In this document: positions 16,814 through 26,879 of the stretch, piece by piece | How positions within the stretch are numbered: the stretch's first letter is position 1 | How the letters are laid out: every line of letters starts with the position of its first letter | Virus record (IMG/VR): IMGVR_UViG_3300043654_000004 | Location: 1 to 55,445 of that record | DNA from: a virus | Taxonomy: Duplodnaviria > Caudoviricetes | DNA: 55,445 bases | Direction: 5' to 3' (one strand) | The notes under the pieces: model-generated | What the model saw: the letters and a program-made list of their open reading frames with translations, nothing else | What the model was told of the DNA's origin: nothing | The model's database searches: none | Translations under genes and position numbers: made by a program

Positions 16814-18808
16814 ATGACGTTGGAGGGGTTAGTCGTTTGGTTTAATAAACATAGAAAAGATAAGAATTACCAACTACGAGATTGTTCTGACGAAGAATTT
16901 GAAAAGTCAGCTAAGAAAAGTTGGGCAAAACTTCCTGTTGAACATCAGAAGAAAGTTCTGACTACTTGTAAGAATGCAAAGTTATGGTCAGGTAAAGAAG
17001 ATCATACATTAGATTTTATAGTCAATGCACGATTTTTGGCGCAGACAAATTTGTTTGCATTATGTCATCTTCTTGAAAAATATAAAGATGTCTCAGAAAA
17101 AGAGTATACTTGGACAGACGGAACTGTTCATAATACTCATGAGGAAATCTGTAATTTTTTCTTTGTGGCTAAAGACCCGACTAAGAAGACGTTCAAAGAC
17201 TTTGCAAAAGATTATATCGACAAAAAAGAACGACTGCTTCTTGTTCCAAGAGGCGGTTTTAAGTCGTCAATTGACATGGCTGATACAGTACAGTATATAA
17301 TCTGTTGGCCGGAAGTAACAATTCTTATTCTTACGGGCGTTCTTGATCTTGCTAAAGATTTCGTAAAAGAAATTAAAGGCCATTTTGAACTAGATGAAGA
17401 CGGAGAGAAGTCGTTTAGACCTAAGAAATCAGCAGATGGTTCTGACAATTTATTTCAAGTCCTTTTCCCCGAGCATTGTATTCCGAAGGAAGAAGGAAAG
17501 TCTACTGAATATCAGAGCCCCGCTTCTCCAGTCGTAGAAAAAGAATGTACTGTATTTGCCGCATCTATTGACCAGAACTTATCAGGCTGGCACGTTTGTG
17601 TGCTCAAGTTGGATGATGTAGTAACTAACGAAAATAGCAGGACTGTTGACCGAATCAGAAATATCAATAAACAGGTTAGTATCAATAATGCCATGCTTCA
17701 CCCGTATGGGTTCTTTGATAAAATTGGAACTTGGTATAATAGTGAAGACACATACGGACAAACAATTAAATACGCCGCTAAATGTGAAAAAGACGGCGAA
17801 GAGATAAAAACGAAGATTTATATTCGTCCTGCTTGGTGGGCTAACGAAGCCGCTCGTAAAGCGGGCAAAGTTGAAGACGAGATGGTTGAATCAGATTATG
17901 ATTTCTGGTTTAACGAAGAGGGCCAACTTACTTATAAATTTCTTCGCGGTAAGAAACTTGAAGATGCTGAAGGCTTTGCGATTAAGTATCTGAATGATCC
18001 TACTCAAGCGCATAGAATTAAGTTTCCGAGAGAACTGTTGATACGGCGTACAATAGCATCGAATATGCTTCCTCAGCAGGGAATGATTGTAACAACTGTT
18101 GATACGGCGTATTCAACGAAGAGTTGGGCAGATTATACGGTCATATTGACCGCGTTAATTTATGGCGGTCGATTTTATATTATTGATATGAAACGCGGTC
18201 GATATAATGAATATGAACTGCCTCAGTTAATTGCTCAAAACGCCCTTCAATGGAAGCCAAAAAGAATCTGTATTGAAGATTCAGTAGGTGTAAAGTGGCT
18301 TGGCCGAGAAATTTATCGTGAAATGGATAGGTTGAAACTCCGCGTTCCGATTGAATTCGTTCCATTAGGCCAAGGAAGCGCAGTTAACGCTAAGAAAAAT
18401 ATGAAGGCAAAACCAGTTCTTCGATTGCTTGGCGACGAACGACTTTTATTCGCCAACCAATGTGTCGGACTTGAAGAACTTTATCAGGAACTTGAGAAGT
18501 TTGATACTGCTGCGGCAACACATGATGACATAGTTTCTGCGTTATCAATCCTTGTAGATCAATTTGCAAGTTATGCAGAGATGGAAGGTCGAATGTCTTC
18601 CGTCGCGCCAGATTTTATTTCTGATCCGAAGATGAAACAGCAATACGATCATATTTATGGCGCGGGCGTATTTGAAAAAATGGTCAATAACAAAGCATTT
18701 GAAGCAAGTCTTGAACATCAAGATATGTCTTTGTTAGATGCTATGAATGCTGAAAAAGAAGTCAGTGGGTATGATAAAGACCCACTCGTAGATGCAGGAT
18801 TGTGGTAA
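16814..18808 (+). CDS. terL: Terminase large subunit
   Basis: PRGGFKSS (Walker A-like), LDDVV (Walker B), IGTWY, nuclease motifs VDTAYS/ADYTV/HDDIVSAL; ATG 16814 after GGAGA. Confidence 0.92.
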   Translation: MTLEGLVVWFNKHRKDKNYQLRDCSDEEFEKSAKKSWAKLPVEHQKKVLTTCKNAKLWSGKEDHTLDFIVNARFLAQTNLFALCHLLEKYKDVSEKEYTWTDGTVHNTHEEICNFFFVAKDPTKKTFKDFAKDYIDKKERLLLVPRGGFKSSIDMADTVQYIICWPEVTILILTGVLDLAKDFVKEIKGHFELDEDGEKSFRPKKSADGSDNLFQVLFPEHCIPKEEGKSTEYQSPASPVVEKECTVFAASIDQNLSGWHVCVLKLDDVVTNENSRTVDRIRNINKQVSINNAMLHPYGFFDKIGTWYNSEDTYGQTIKYAAKCEKDGEEIKTKIYIRPAWWANEAARKAGKVEDEMVESDYDFWFNEEGQLTYKFLRGKKLEDAEGFAIKYLNDPTQAHRIKFPRELLIRRTIASNMLPQQGMIVTTVDTAYSTKSWADYTVILTALIYGGRFYIIDMKRGRYNEYELPQLIAQNALQWKPKRICIEDSVGVKWLGREIYREMDRLKLRVPIEFVPLGQGSAVNAKKNMKAKPVLRLLGDERLLFANQCVGLEELYQELEKFDTAAATHDDIVSALSILVDQFASYAEMEGRMSSVAPDFISDPKMKQQYDHIYGAGVFEKMVNNKAFEASLEHQDMSLLDAMNAEKEVSGYDKDPLVDAGLW

Positions 18809-18862
18809 ATTTTTAAACTTGCGGAAAATTAAATCGAGCTAAGAAGAAAGAAGAGGCAATGA

Positions 18863-21183
18863 ATGGAACAACAGGCTTATGAGCCTATGAATGCCGAAGA
18901 AGCTACAGGATTTATTAGTGACGGCAATCCAAATCGGCCTCTTGTAGCAGGCGATTTTAATCAAATTGGTGATGTAAAAACATTAAGTGGTGATCTTGCG
19001 CTTGTTGTAGGCAGTGCTCAAGCAGCACGCGGTTTCATGGAAAATAAACAATGGAACTTGCTTTTCCGCGATGCCGATCTTTTGTTTCAGTCGCCAAGAC
19101 CGATGAGCGTTTATGAGAATACCTCGATAGAGTGGGGCACCTTACTGCAAAGGTAAGAATGCGAATCTTCTTTAATCAAGCTGAACCCTGAAACGGGAAC
19201 AGACTGCAAGCAGCGAAAGCGGGCAGCAGTAGAGACTAAACAAGAAGACATCCTTATGGGATGATGCGATAGTCCGATCTTACAGAAAACAAACTGTAAG
19301 CTAACATAAATGATGTTCTCGAACCAAACGTCCAACGTTTTACCGTAGCGAAAATCGTTAATGCTGTCATCCCGCAACTTTACAAGGGTCTGTTTTACGA
19401 CGATCCGCCAATGTTAATGCGGCCAAGACCCGGCACTTCACAACAAATCGTTGACGCAAAACAGCAATTATTTTCTTATATTCTTGATGAATGTCAATTT
19501 AAACAACAAACAAAATGGGGTCTTGAAACGCTAGCTACTTTCGGGACAGGCATCTGGAAGTGGGGTATTGATTGGAAAGACGTAACGACGCATAAACGAA
19601 CTGCAAATGTCATTTCTATCAAAACTGGAACTGATATTGACGCAAAAGAAAACAAACTTCTTGGTACAGGCGCACCAATTATTACTACGACTACGAAATC
19701 GATGTTGCTTCCTTTTTTCGAGCAGCGGCCACTTGATAAAGTCCTTGTTGATCCGCATCTTGAAGTTTCTGATATTAGGCAAGCGGATTGGGTTGTAGAT
19801 GTTCATTACATGGATTTCTATCAACTTGATGAGATCAGACAAGCACTCGCGGATTCAACAGACACAAAAGCTAAGGCAGGTTGGAGCATTCCAGCCAATC
19901 TTAAATCTGTCTGGATTAAGACGACTCCGACAACTTCTAATCTTCAGACAGAACAGACAGTTTACGCTAAAGGCGCGGTTCATCATTCATTAGACATGAA
20001 TATTGAAGCAGGTCCCGATCCTTTACGTAAGAAACTTGAAGTTCTGGAATATTGGGATAAGAAGCGCAAGATTATCGTCATTGATAATTCGACTGTACTG
20101 TATACAGGAGATAATGAATTTGGCGCGGTCCCATTTCTTTCATCGAATTGGTGGAATCGGCCAAAATCATTCTTCGGTATGGGTTTAGGGTTGATTATCG
20201 GCCAAAATCAAAGAGTTGACCAAGGTACGATTAATGCAATTCTAAAGATTCTGTCTTTTGGCGTCAACCCGATTTATGTCCAACGACGTGAAGCTAATAC
20301 TGCGACACAAATGATTCGGACGAATATCGGTAAAGTCATGAAAGTAGATGGAGAGTCTGACAAGGCTTTCACTCTGCTCGAACAACCCCGCGTTCCTTCG
20401 GATATTTGGAGCGCGATTAAAGAATCCCAAGAAGCTTCTGAATCTGCTTCAGGCGCAGACCAGCAGCTTGTTCAAGGGAGTACAGCAGGGCCAAGAGCCG
20501 GGATGGGCCGAACTTCAGGCGGTGCAGCTATTCAAGCTTCAGCTTCTGCTACGCGATTAGATGGCCCGTTAGATAATTTTATTGAGCAAGTATTCAAACC
20601 ATTTCTCGGCATTCTTGATATGCTCGTTTTCAAGTATATGCACGATGAATGGATTGTACATATTCTTGGCAATGAAATGGGGACAAAGTTAACTCAAGAC
20701 TTTTCAATGCAAGCTTATTGGGATTCAAATGTTGAATTTGAAGTCCTTGCAGGCGCGAGTATGTCCGCTCGCAGAACAATGGCGCAATCGATGGTCATGC
20801 TTACCCAGATTCTACAGAATCCACAGATTCAACAGAGTTTGGCCGAAATTAATGAAGAGTATATTGACTTCAAACCAATTCTTGCTATGTGGATGGAAGC
20901 ATCTGAATGGAAGAACGGTAACGATATAATTAAGCCCATGACAGCAGCCATGAAGCAGAAGCAAGCGGCTAATTCTAAAACAGCCCAAATGCAGATGCAA
21001 ATGCAGGCGAAACAACAGGCAGATCAAACTAAATTTGCACAAAAGGAGCAACTTAATGCTCAAGACGCTCGTGATAGAATAGAAAGAGATTTAGTTGTTG
21101 CAGCAGCGAAGACGAGCTTTTCAGAAGGGACGGAGGGTGAGGCTTCTGCTGCTGGATTACAGGGAGAATTACCTAACGTTTAA
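18863..21183 (+). CDS. Portal protein, spliced (exons 18863-19124 and about 19313-21183; about 710 aa)
   Basis: Follows terL; joining restores ...SVYENT-YVLEPNVQRFTVAK...; portal-like FGTGIWK, FFGMGLG, RTSGGA motifs. Confidence 0.85.
19125..19312 (+). mobile_element. Small ORF-less group I intron in the portal gene (188 nt, or 191 nt if the terminal G is 19315)
   Basis: P7 GACTA (19234-38)/TAGTC (19270-74); P3 TCTTCTT/AAGAAGA; P8 CATCC/GGATG; P9 CTTACAG/CTGTAAG; exon ends in U and intron in G, restoring frame. Confidence 0.85.
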
Positions 21184-21237
21184 TGGAGTGGTATGAGGCT
21201 AGAACGTGAGTTACTAGAAGAATTAAGGAGACTGACT

Positions 21238-21414
21238 ATGGCAATTACACAACTCGATGCAGATATCGCTACTTTATCTACTAATGTAGGATTACTAATC
21301 GCGCAAGGCGCTAACTCTGTTCCACAGGCACAGGTTGATGCAGCAGATGCAGTCGTAAATGCTATTAATGCGACTGTAGTAGCTGCTTTAACTCCTGTAA
21401 CTAAGACAACATAA
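21238..21414 (+). CDS. Small Ala-rich helical protein
   Basis: SD AAGGAG before ATG 21238. Confidence 0.65.
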   Translation: MAITQLDADIATLSTNVGLLIAQGANSVPQAQVDAADAVVNAINATVVAALTPVTKTT

Positions 21415-21604
21415 CGAAGTCTTGCAAGCGCCGTGTTCGGGGCGAAAACACGAATGCTGCCCAAGTGTGCAGCCATCGAAGTCGCTTGGGGCGGCTAACA
21501 CTTTTTATTTAATTGGTTTTGTCAGTACCCTAACTGACCGAGGAGCCTTGGGCTTAAGGGCGGCTCGTACAAATACCGCCCAACATTTTCTGGAGGAGAC
21601 TATA

Positions 21605-21877
21605 ATGGGAAAAATGGAAGAGTGTCTTTATAATTGGACTGCCGCGATGATCGGCGCTAAAGTAGCGCGAGTTCCTATCTTGACTGATGGACAAGTATTA
21701 GACGTACCAGCAATTATTAAAATAGGGGAAGAATATTTTAGTTTATTATCTACCTATCCTTTGCGATATCAACCTTTACCTACTAAAGTTTGTAAAGCAA
21801 AGTGGGCAAAAATTGCAAAAGTAGATAGTTCTGCGTATAATCATCGTATTGTTAGGGAACATTATGCTACCAATTGA
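21605..21877 (+). CDS. Hypothetical protein
   Basis: SD GGAGGAG before ATG 21605. Confidence 0.65.
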   Translation: MGKMEECLYNWTAAMIGAKVARVPILTDGQVLDVPAIIKIGEEYFSLLSTYPLRYQPLPTKVCKAKWAKIAKVDSSAYNHRIVREHYATN

Positions 21878-22196
21878 TAATAGCATTAAAGGTATTGACA
21901 TAAGTATAACCCTTGATGATACAGAACGCGGGCTTTTAGCTTCTTATGTCAAGTCTCAAGCGTTTGATGTACTCCAACGAATTATGGAAGATGTAATTAG
22001 GGATTATAACGCTAAACTCTTGAGCACTGATCCGATTAAGAAAGATGACGTTCTTATCAACCATCTTTATGCGAATGCCGTTGGTGGATTTTATATCGCA
22101 TTGATGGCTAGATTAAAAGAAGAATTGAGCATTGAAGCACATAATAATCGATCAAGAGACCCGATTAACGATATGCAAATTGAAGACTTGAGATAG
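21864..22196 (+). CDS. Small helical head-module protein
   Basis: Located between portal and scaffold; helical sequence. Confidence 0.65.
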   Translation: MLPIDNSIKGIDISITLDDTERGLLASYVKSQAFDVLQRIMEDVIRDYNAKLLSTDPIKKDDVLINHLYANAVGGFYIALMARLKEELSIEAHNNRSRDPINDMQIEDLR

Positions 22197-22214
22197 ACAA
22201 TTTTGGAGGAGAAT

Positions 22215-23207
22215 ATGTCAGAAGAAGCAGTTATTGTACAAGATACAGGAGAAGTTACGCCTGTAGTAGAAGTTGTTGAGCCTATTGAGGTATTAATACC
22301 CCAAACACCAGAACAACCAGATTTGCGATACGAGTACCAACCAACAGATGAACACGGAAGGTCCATCGGAGGGCGACAGGTACTTATTTATAAGACACCT
22401 GACGATCTTGCCGAGAAGTTACGCGATCAAAATGTTCAACTTCTACGCAAGCTGAGACAGGTCACCCGTAATAACCGTCTTGGAATTGATGAAAGTCAAA
22501 TCCCTGAAGACGCAGAACGAGTAAATCGACTTCCGCAAGTTGAAAAGAAACCATTGACTCCTGAAGAACGGTTTCAATTGTCACAGGATTTGAACGACGC
22601 AGCAAAGTTTGAGAGCGCCCGAGATAGACTTTTGGAGTCTGCCGGGTATAATGAAATGATCGAAAGACAAAAGGCGCAAGATTTGAAACTTGCCCGACTT
22701 GAAGCGGTAAGTAACGCTCAAGTATTCCTGAACGGGCATTCTGAATTTTGGGCCTGTACAGAGAATTTACAAGTAATGACAGATTGGATGGTAAAGAATG
22801 AGCTACAACCATCTGTCAGCAATTTTGAAAGAGCTTATTCAATGATGCAAGAAGCCGGATTGCTTCTTGTACCTCCTATCGTGCGTGAGGAAGTTCCTGT
22901 GGTTGCGCCTAAGCCAGCCCCGGAAAATACGGAGTTAAATGCGACTCCAGTTGTACCTGTCACTCGGATTAGTGAACCTGTACAGCCGCAACAACCTAGC
23001 CCTGCAAGAGTTCCATCTGGCCTTAACTCCCGCGTTGCTTCTAACACTGGAATCGCGCCTAGTACTGCTACTCTTACATTGGCTGAACTTGAACGTATGT
23101 CTTCTAATGATTATAAGCAGAGACTTTTGTCAGATCGGACATTTGCTGAACAGGCAAATAAGATTTATGCAGAAGCCGAAGCGAAGAAAGTTCAGAGACA
23201 ACGTTAA
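22215..23207 (+). CDS. Putative capsid scaffolding protein
   Basis: SD GGAGGAG; acidic N-terminus, coiled coil, Pro-rich linker, helical C-terminus; directly upstream of the capsid gene. Confidence 0.7.
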   Translation: MSEEAVIVQDTGEVTPVVEVVEPIEVLIPQTPEQPDLRYEYQPTDEHGRSIGGRQVLIYKTPDDLAEKLRDQNVQLLRKLRQVTRNNRLGIDESQIPEDAERVNRLPQVEKKPLTPEERFQLSQDLNDAAKFESARDRLLESAGYNEMIERQKAQDLKLARLEAVSNAQVFLNGHSEFWACTENLQVMTDWMVKNELQPSVSNFERAYSMMQEAGLLLVPPIVREEVPVVAPKPAPENTELNATPVVPVTRISEPVQPQQPSPARVPSGLNSRVASNTGIAPSTATLTLAELERMSSNDYKQRLLSDRTFAEQANKIYAEAEAKKVQRQR

Positions 23208-23230
23208 AAGTTTAATACTGATAGGAAGCC

Positions 23231-25465
23231 ATGAGCTTTAGTCCAGCGGGCAATGCACTTAATAATTTGCCCCAATCAACCGTGAAGTTCTACGATAAAT
23301 AATCTTGTCGTAGTAAAACCCCCTCTAATTGACTTGAAAGCTGAAATGCCAACAAGGCGGAAATTACTTGACAAACAAGTAGTACCGTGAGAGACTAAAC
23401 GAGAGGGCACATTTATGAGAACAGTAGAAGAGATTAAAGAATATCAACGTAGATGGCGTGAAAATAACCGCGTTAAAATGCGGGAATATGCTAAAACGTA
23501 TCGTAAAAAGCACCGTGATGTTCCAGCACATCTTATGAGAAAATATGGAATTACTCCAGAAGATAAAATAAGGATGTGGAACGAACAGAATGGTCTTTGT
23601 GGCGTGTGCGGTGAAACAATGCTTTCGGTTTTTGACCGTAATTGTCAAGTTGAGCACGATCACAAAACAAAAAGGTGCGTAGTTTAGCTCATTGGTATTG
23701 TAATATTATCGTTGGCGTTATGGAAAAGCATCCAATAACTCTTGATAAAGTTGTGAAGTGTTTAAAATCTCATTGTGATGCGATAGTCCGAACTCATGGG
23801 AATTATAACCATGAGAGTACAGCAGAAATGCTTGTACCTTCTGAAATTTAGAAGTAACACTTATTGAAGAAATTCCGAGAGAATTTAAAGGCTCAAACGC
23901 CTTTCGTGGCGTGCGCTGAACGTCTCAATCTGCCCACTAATAGTGGTAATCAGTATGAAATGTTCATGTACGTTCCGCTAGCCGCTAGCACTAACCAAAC
24001 CACTGAGGGTACAGTTGGCAGTCCGCTATCCGTCTCCGTACTAACTACTACGGCTACGATAGGAGAATATGCGGACTACGCGAACTTTAGTTCGCTAAGT
24101 CTTGCGACTGCAATTGACAATACTGTAGAAAACGTAGCCAAGGAAATGTCGTATCGCCTTGGTGAGTCATTGTCCGCTCTTGTTCGTGCAACTTGCGACG
24201 GAGCGAACAGCATTGATTCTAGCGTGCTAACTCAGTTGGCCGCTACTAGCACTTCAAGCTTTACCGCACTTTCACTAAGCCAAATCCGAAACAGCGTTCA
24301 ATCGCTGGCGGGTCGGGCTGTGCGGCCCTTCGATGAAGCAAGTAAGAGCTTTGTCGGAGTCATCCATTTCGTGTTATAATGAGGGTGGATGTAAAATTTA
24401 ACTAAATCGGGGAACACCTTGTACGCTGTACAAGACAATCCCGAGGAAAGATTCCATATGATAACCACTGATAAAGTGGATTGGGCGTATCTGTCCGGGT
24501 TGTTTGATGGCGAAGGAACATTTAGTATTTACCACCATAAGGGGCAGAGTTCTAACGGCAATCCTTATGATTCAACTGCTATTCGTATTGAAATAACGAA
24601 TACGAAAATACAATTAATGGAATGGCTTGTTAAGCATTTCGGTGGTCAATACTATCATCATAGACGTGCAAGCGCGAAACATAACATTGCTTATGGTTGG
24701 CGACCGAAAGGTCGTAAAAATAGCGAGCAACTGTTGTTGAACATCTTACCGTATCTGGTAATTAAGAAAGAGCAAGCTAAGATCGCTCTTGAATATGTTC
24801 GACTTCCGCATAACACAGGATTTGATGATACTTTAGCAGCAAAGAGAAAAGAACTGCTGACTAAGATGCAACTTCTCAACAAACGTGGAACATCCGTAGA
24901 GACTAATACGTTAAACGGCGATAAGCCGATGATAGAGTCCGATCTCATAGGCGACTATGAGAGTGATGCTGTGGTGACACAGACATCCTAAACAATAATA
25001 CCTTTTGCTTTAGGGGATGTCCTTGCTGACAACAGCAATGACTCTCCTATCGATATCCTGAAACACACACCTGTGGGTCAGGCAAGAATGGACGAACTAG
25101 TTTCTGTTGATCTGACCGAAGTGATCGAACTTCCAAGTTCGGGCGTTCAGTTCTTTCAGACTAACCTAGTCACTCAGTCTAACAACTATAAATCAGTTGC
25201 TGGACTAGTTGGTCTTCGTACTTATATTTTCGGGCGAGATGGAGTTTTTGCCATCAATCTCGGAGCTAAGGGCGATACTGGCTACGGTGATGGTGAATGG
25301 CGCAATATTGAGTGCAACATTATGCAGAACGTTGCACCGACCGTTGCAGACCCCGAAGGTCTGATCCCCGGATGGACATCTTACAGAGTGCATTTTACTA
25401 CGTCACTCGGCCCTGATACTACCATCCGTCAACGTCAAATCGACGCTGCCTCAGCAATTAGTTAA
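23231..25465 (+). CDS. Major capsid protein, spliced (exons 23231-23296, 23867-24367, 25001-25465; 343 aa)
   Basis: Joined sequence MSFSPAGN...VKFYD|KKFRENLKAQTPF...FVGVIH|PFALGDV...; TEGT, EYADY and IHP are typical HK97-fold capsid motifs. Confidence 0.88.
23297..23866 (+). mobile_element. Group I intron 1 of the capsid gene (570 nt)
   Basis: P1 CTACGAU/GTCGTAG with U.G at the splice site; P10 TCTT/AAGA; P3 CCCTCT/AGAGGG; P7 GACTA (23393-97)/TAGTC (23784-88); terminal G 23866. Confidence 0.92.
23415..23851 (+). pseudogene. Intron-encoded endonuclease VII-type homing endonuclease with a frameshift
   Basis: KYGIT...QNGLCGVC...VEHDHKT; VRSLAHWYCN continues in the -1 frame after the A-run near 23669-23673. 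Confidence 0.78.
24368..25000 (+). mobile_element. Group I intron 2 of the capsid gene (633 nt), apparently ending in A
   Basis: P1 CATCCAU/GTGGATG; P10 GAGG/CCTT; P3 TTTAAC/GTTAAA; P7 GACTA (24901-05)/GAGTC (24935-39); P9 CTCATAG/CTATGAG. Confidence 0.88.
24458..24991 (+). CDS. Single-motif LAGLIDADG homing endonuclease (intron-encoded)
   Basis: WAYLSGLFDGEGTF; ITNT; ILPYLVIKKEQA. Confidence 0.92.
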   Translation: MITTDKVDWAYLSGLFDGEGTFSIYHHKGQSSNGNPYDSTAIRIEITNTKIQLMEWLVKHFGGQYYHHRRASAKHNIAYGWRPKGRKNSEQLLLNILPYLVIKKEQAKIALEYVRLPHNTGFDDTLAAKRKELLTKMQLLNKRGTSVETNTLNGDKPMIESDLIGDYESDAVVTQTS

Positions 25466-25634
25466 CTTGATAAATAAGTTGCTTTATGCTATGAGGGTAG
25501 AGTAAGAAAAAAAAATCTGATAGGGGTAGGGTGCCTTCATCACCTTGCCCCGACTCAGGTAACTCATGAGGAGCGAGAAAAGATTTAGTATAACTAGCCG
25601 AGGCTAAAGTACAGCTAGTAGAAAAGGAATAAAC

Positions 25635-26177
25635 ATGGCTATAAATATTGATCCGGCCCCTACAACTGGACTTTCAACTCCTGTATATATTACATTGGCC
25701 GGGACTGGACTTACGGTTACCCCTACTTCGGCAGTTACGACTCCGAATTCAGGGCCATATAACGTTACGCTTTCGGTGTCTGCCGCAGGTGGTAAGGCTT
25801 CGTCTGTCGTTGTGACTCCGACTCTCGTAGACGTTAGTAACGCAAGTCAGAGCGCGACTGTCGCTAACTGGACTTACCGTTCTTATAATGATCCTCAGAT
25901 TACCGAGGCTTCGATTTATACTGGCAGTCTTAATGGCGCGAATATCGCCCCTAAGCCGACTTCGACCGCGAAGATCGCTTCAGTTGGCGCTTCTGGCGCA
26001 TCAACTGTGACTGTTACGGCTCTTAACCCCGGACAAGCAATCGTAGAGATTAACTACCCTAGTTTTGGAAACTCTGGCGGAACGACTAGCCAAGGTAATC
26101 TTGGTGGGCCTTCTGCTGGAACTGCTGTTCCGACCAATGCGATTGGGACACAGCTAATTGTGACGGTGAACGCTTAA
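25635..26177 (+). CDS. Putative capsid decoration / Ig-like protein
   Basis: Beta-rich S/T/V composition; TVTALNPGQAIVEINY Ig-like end; follows the capsid gene. Confidence 0.65.
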   Translation: MAINIDPAPTTGLSTPVYITLAGTGLTVTPTSAVTTPNSGPYNVTLSVSAAGGKASSVVVTPTLVDVSNASQSATVANWTYRSYNDPQITEASIYTGSLNGANIAPKPTSTAKIASVGASGASTVTVTALNPGQAIVEINYPSFGNSGGTTSQGNLGGPSAGTAVPTNAIGTQLIVTVNA

Positions 26178-26200
26178 TTTCAACTTTTTGTTGAGAATCA

Positions 26201-26225
26201 AGGGACCTTTCGGGGTCCCTTTTTT
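26201..26225 (+). terminator. Intrinsic terminator
   Basis: AGGGACCT-TTCG-GGGTCCCT hairpin followed by a T-run. Confidence 0.85.
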
Positions 26226-26239
26226 ATTTAAGGAATATT

Positions 26240-26860
26240 ATGCCAGCTTTAGTACCTACATCCCAAAATTCGCTCAATTACACAACTGGAGCGGCCATTC
26301 CGTATAAGGTCGTATTGAGCGGCACAAGTGGGGGCGGAAACTCTGTGACCCAGAACGTCACTCAGAGTGTTGACGGAAATACATTTACCCAACAGTTTTT
26401 AAAGAACCCTGAATTTTATCTCGTCCTTGCTTCGACTTCGGATACTTGCCAGTTAACCGTCTCTATTCAAGATGTAAATGGAACGACTTCAACTGTCGAT
26501 TCGGGCAATACGGTGACCTATTCTATTACGCCTACGGGCAAGAACTCTACTGCGTCTGTGCCAGCGGGAACGGCAACTCCGACTCAGGTTGCAAAGGAAA
26601 TGCCTCTCGTAACGAGTATGAGTAACACAGGTAGTCCGACCGGAACTGAACTCGTCTCTTTTTCTGCCGCGACAATGAGTACAAATTGGCAGCCGAGCAC
26701 TTTGAAATGGACGACTCAGAATACGAGCGTATCAAGTACAGGATTAGTTTCTGCGATTGCAATCGGATATGATCAAATACAGGTCAGATATCCTTTAGCT
26801 TCTAACGATCCGGGAAATCCGCAGTTTATAGAAGCAGTTTTGAACGTTTTAGTGTTGTAG
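26240..26860 (+). CDS. Putative Ig-like virion protein, similar to 25635-26177
   Basis: SVSSTGLVSAIAIGYDQIQVRY Ig-like motif. Confidence 0.65.
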   Translation: MPALVPTSQNSLNYTTGAAIPYKVVLSGTSGGGNSVTQNVTQSVDGNTFTQQFLKNPEFYLVLASTSDTCQLTVSIQDVNGTTSTVDSGNTVTYSITPTGKNSTASVPAGTATPTQVAKEMPLVTSMSNTGSPTGTELVSFSAATMSTNWQPSTLKWTTQNTSVSSTGLVSAIAIGYDQIQVRYPLASNDPGNPQFIEAVLNVLVL

Positions 26861-26879
26861 ATTATAAATGGAGGAGAAC

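Noticed and set aside
18863-19156. Separate 97-aa protein, or stop-codon recoding of portal and capsid genes
   Set aside because: The interruptions are explained by group I intron cores; all other genes read normally in code 11
21530-21545. Hammerhead ribozyme core
   Set aside because: CTGACCGA does not match CUGANGA and no matching GAAA/stem arrangement was found
23368-23396. Promoter for the intron HEG (TTGACA)
   Set aside because: No convincing -10; that position is occupied by the intron P7 strand
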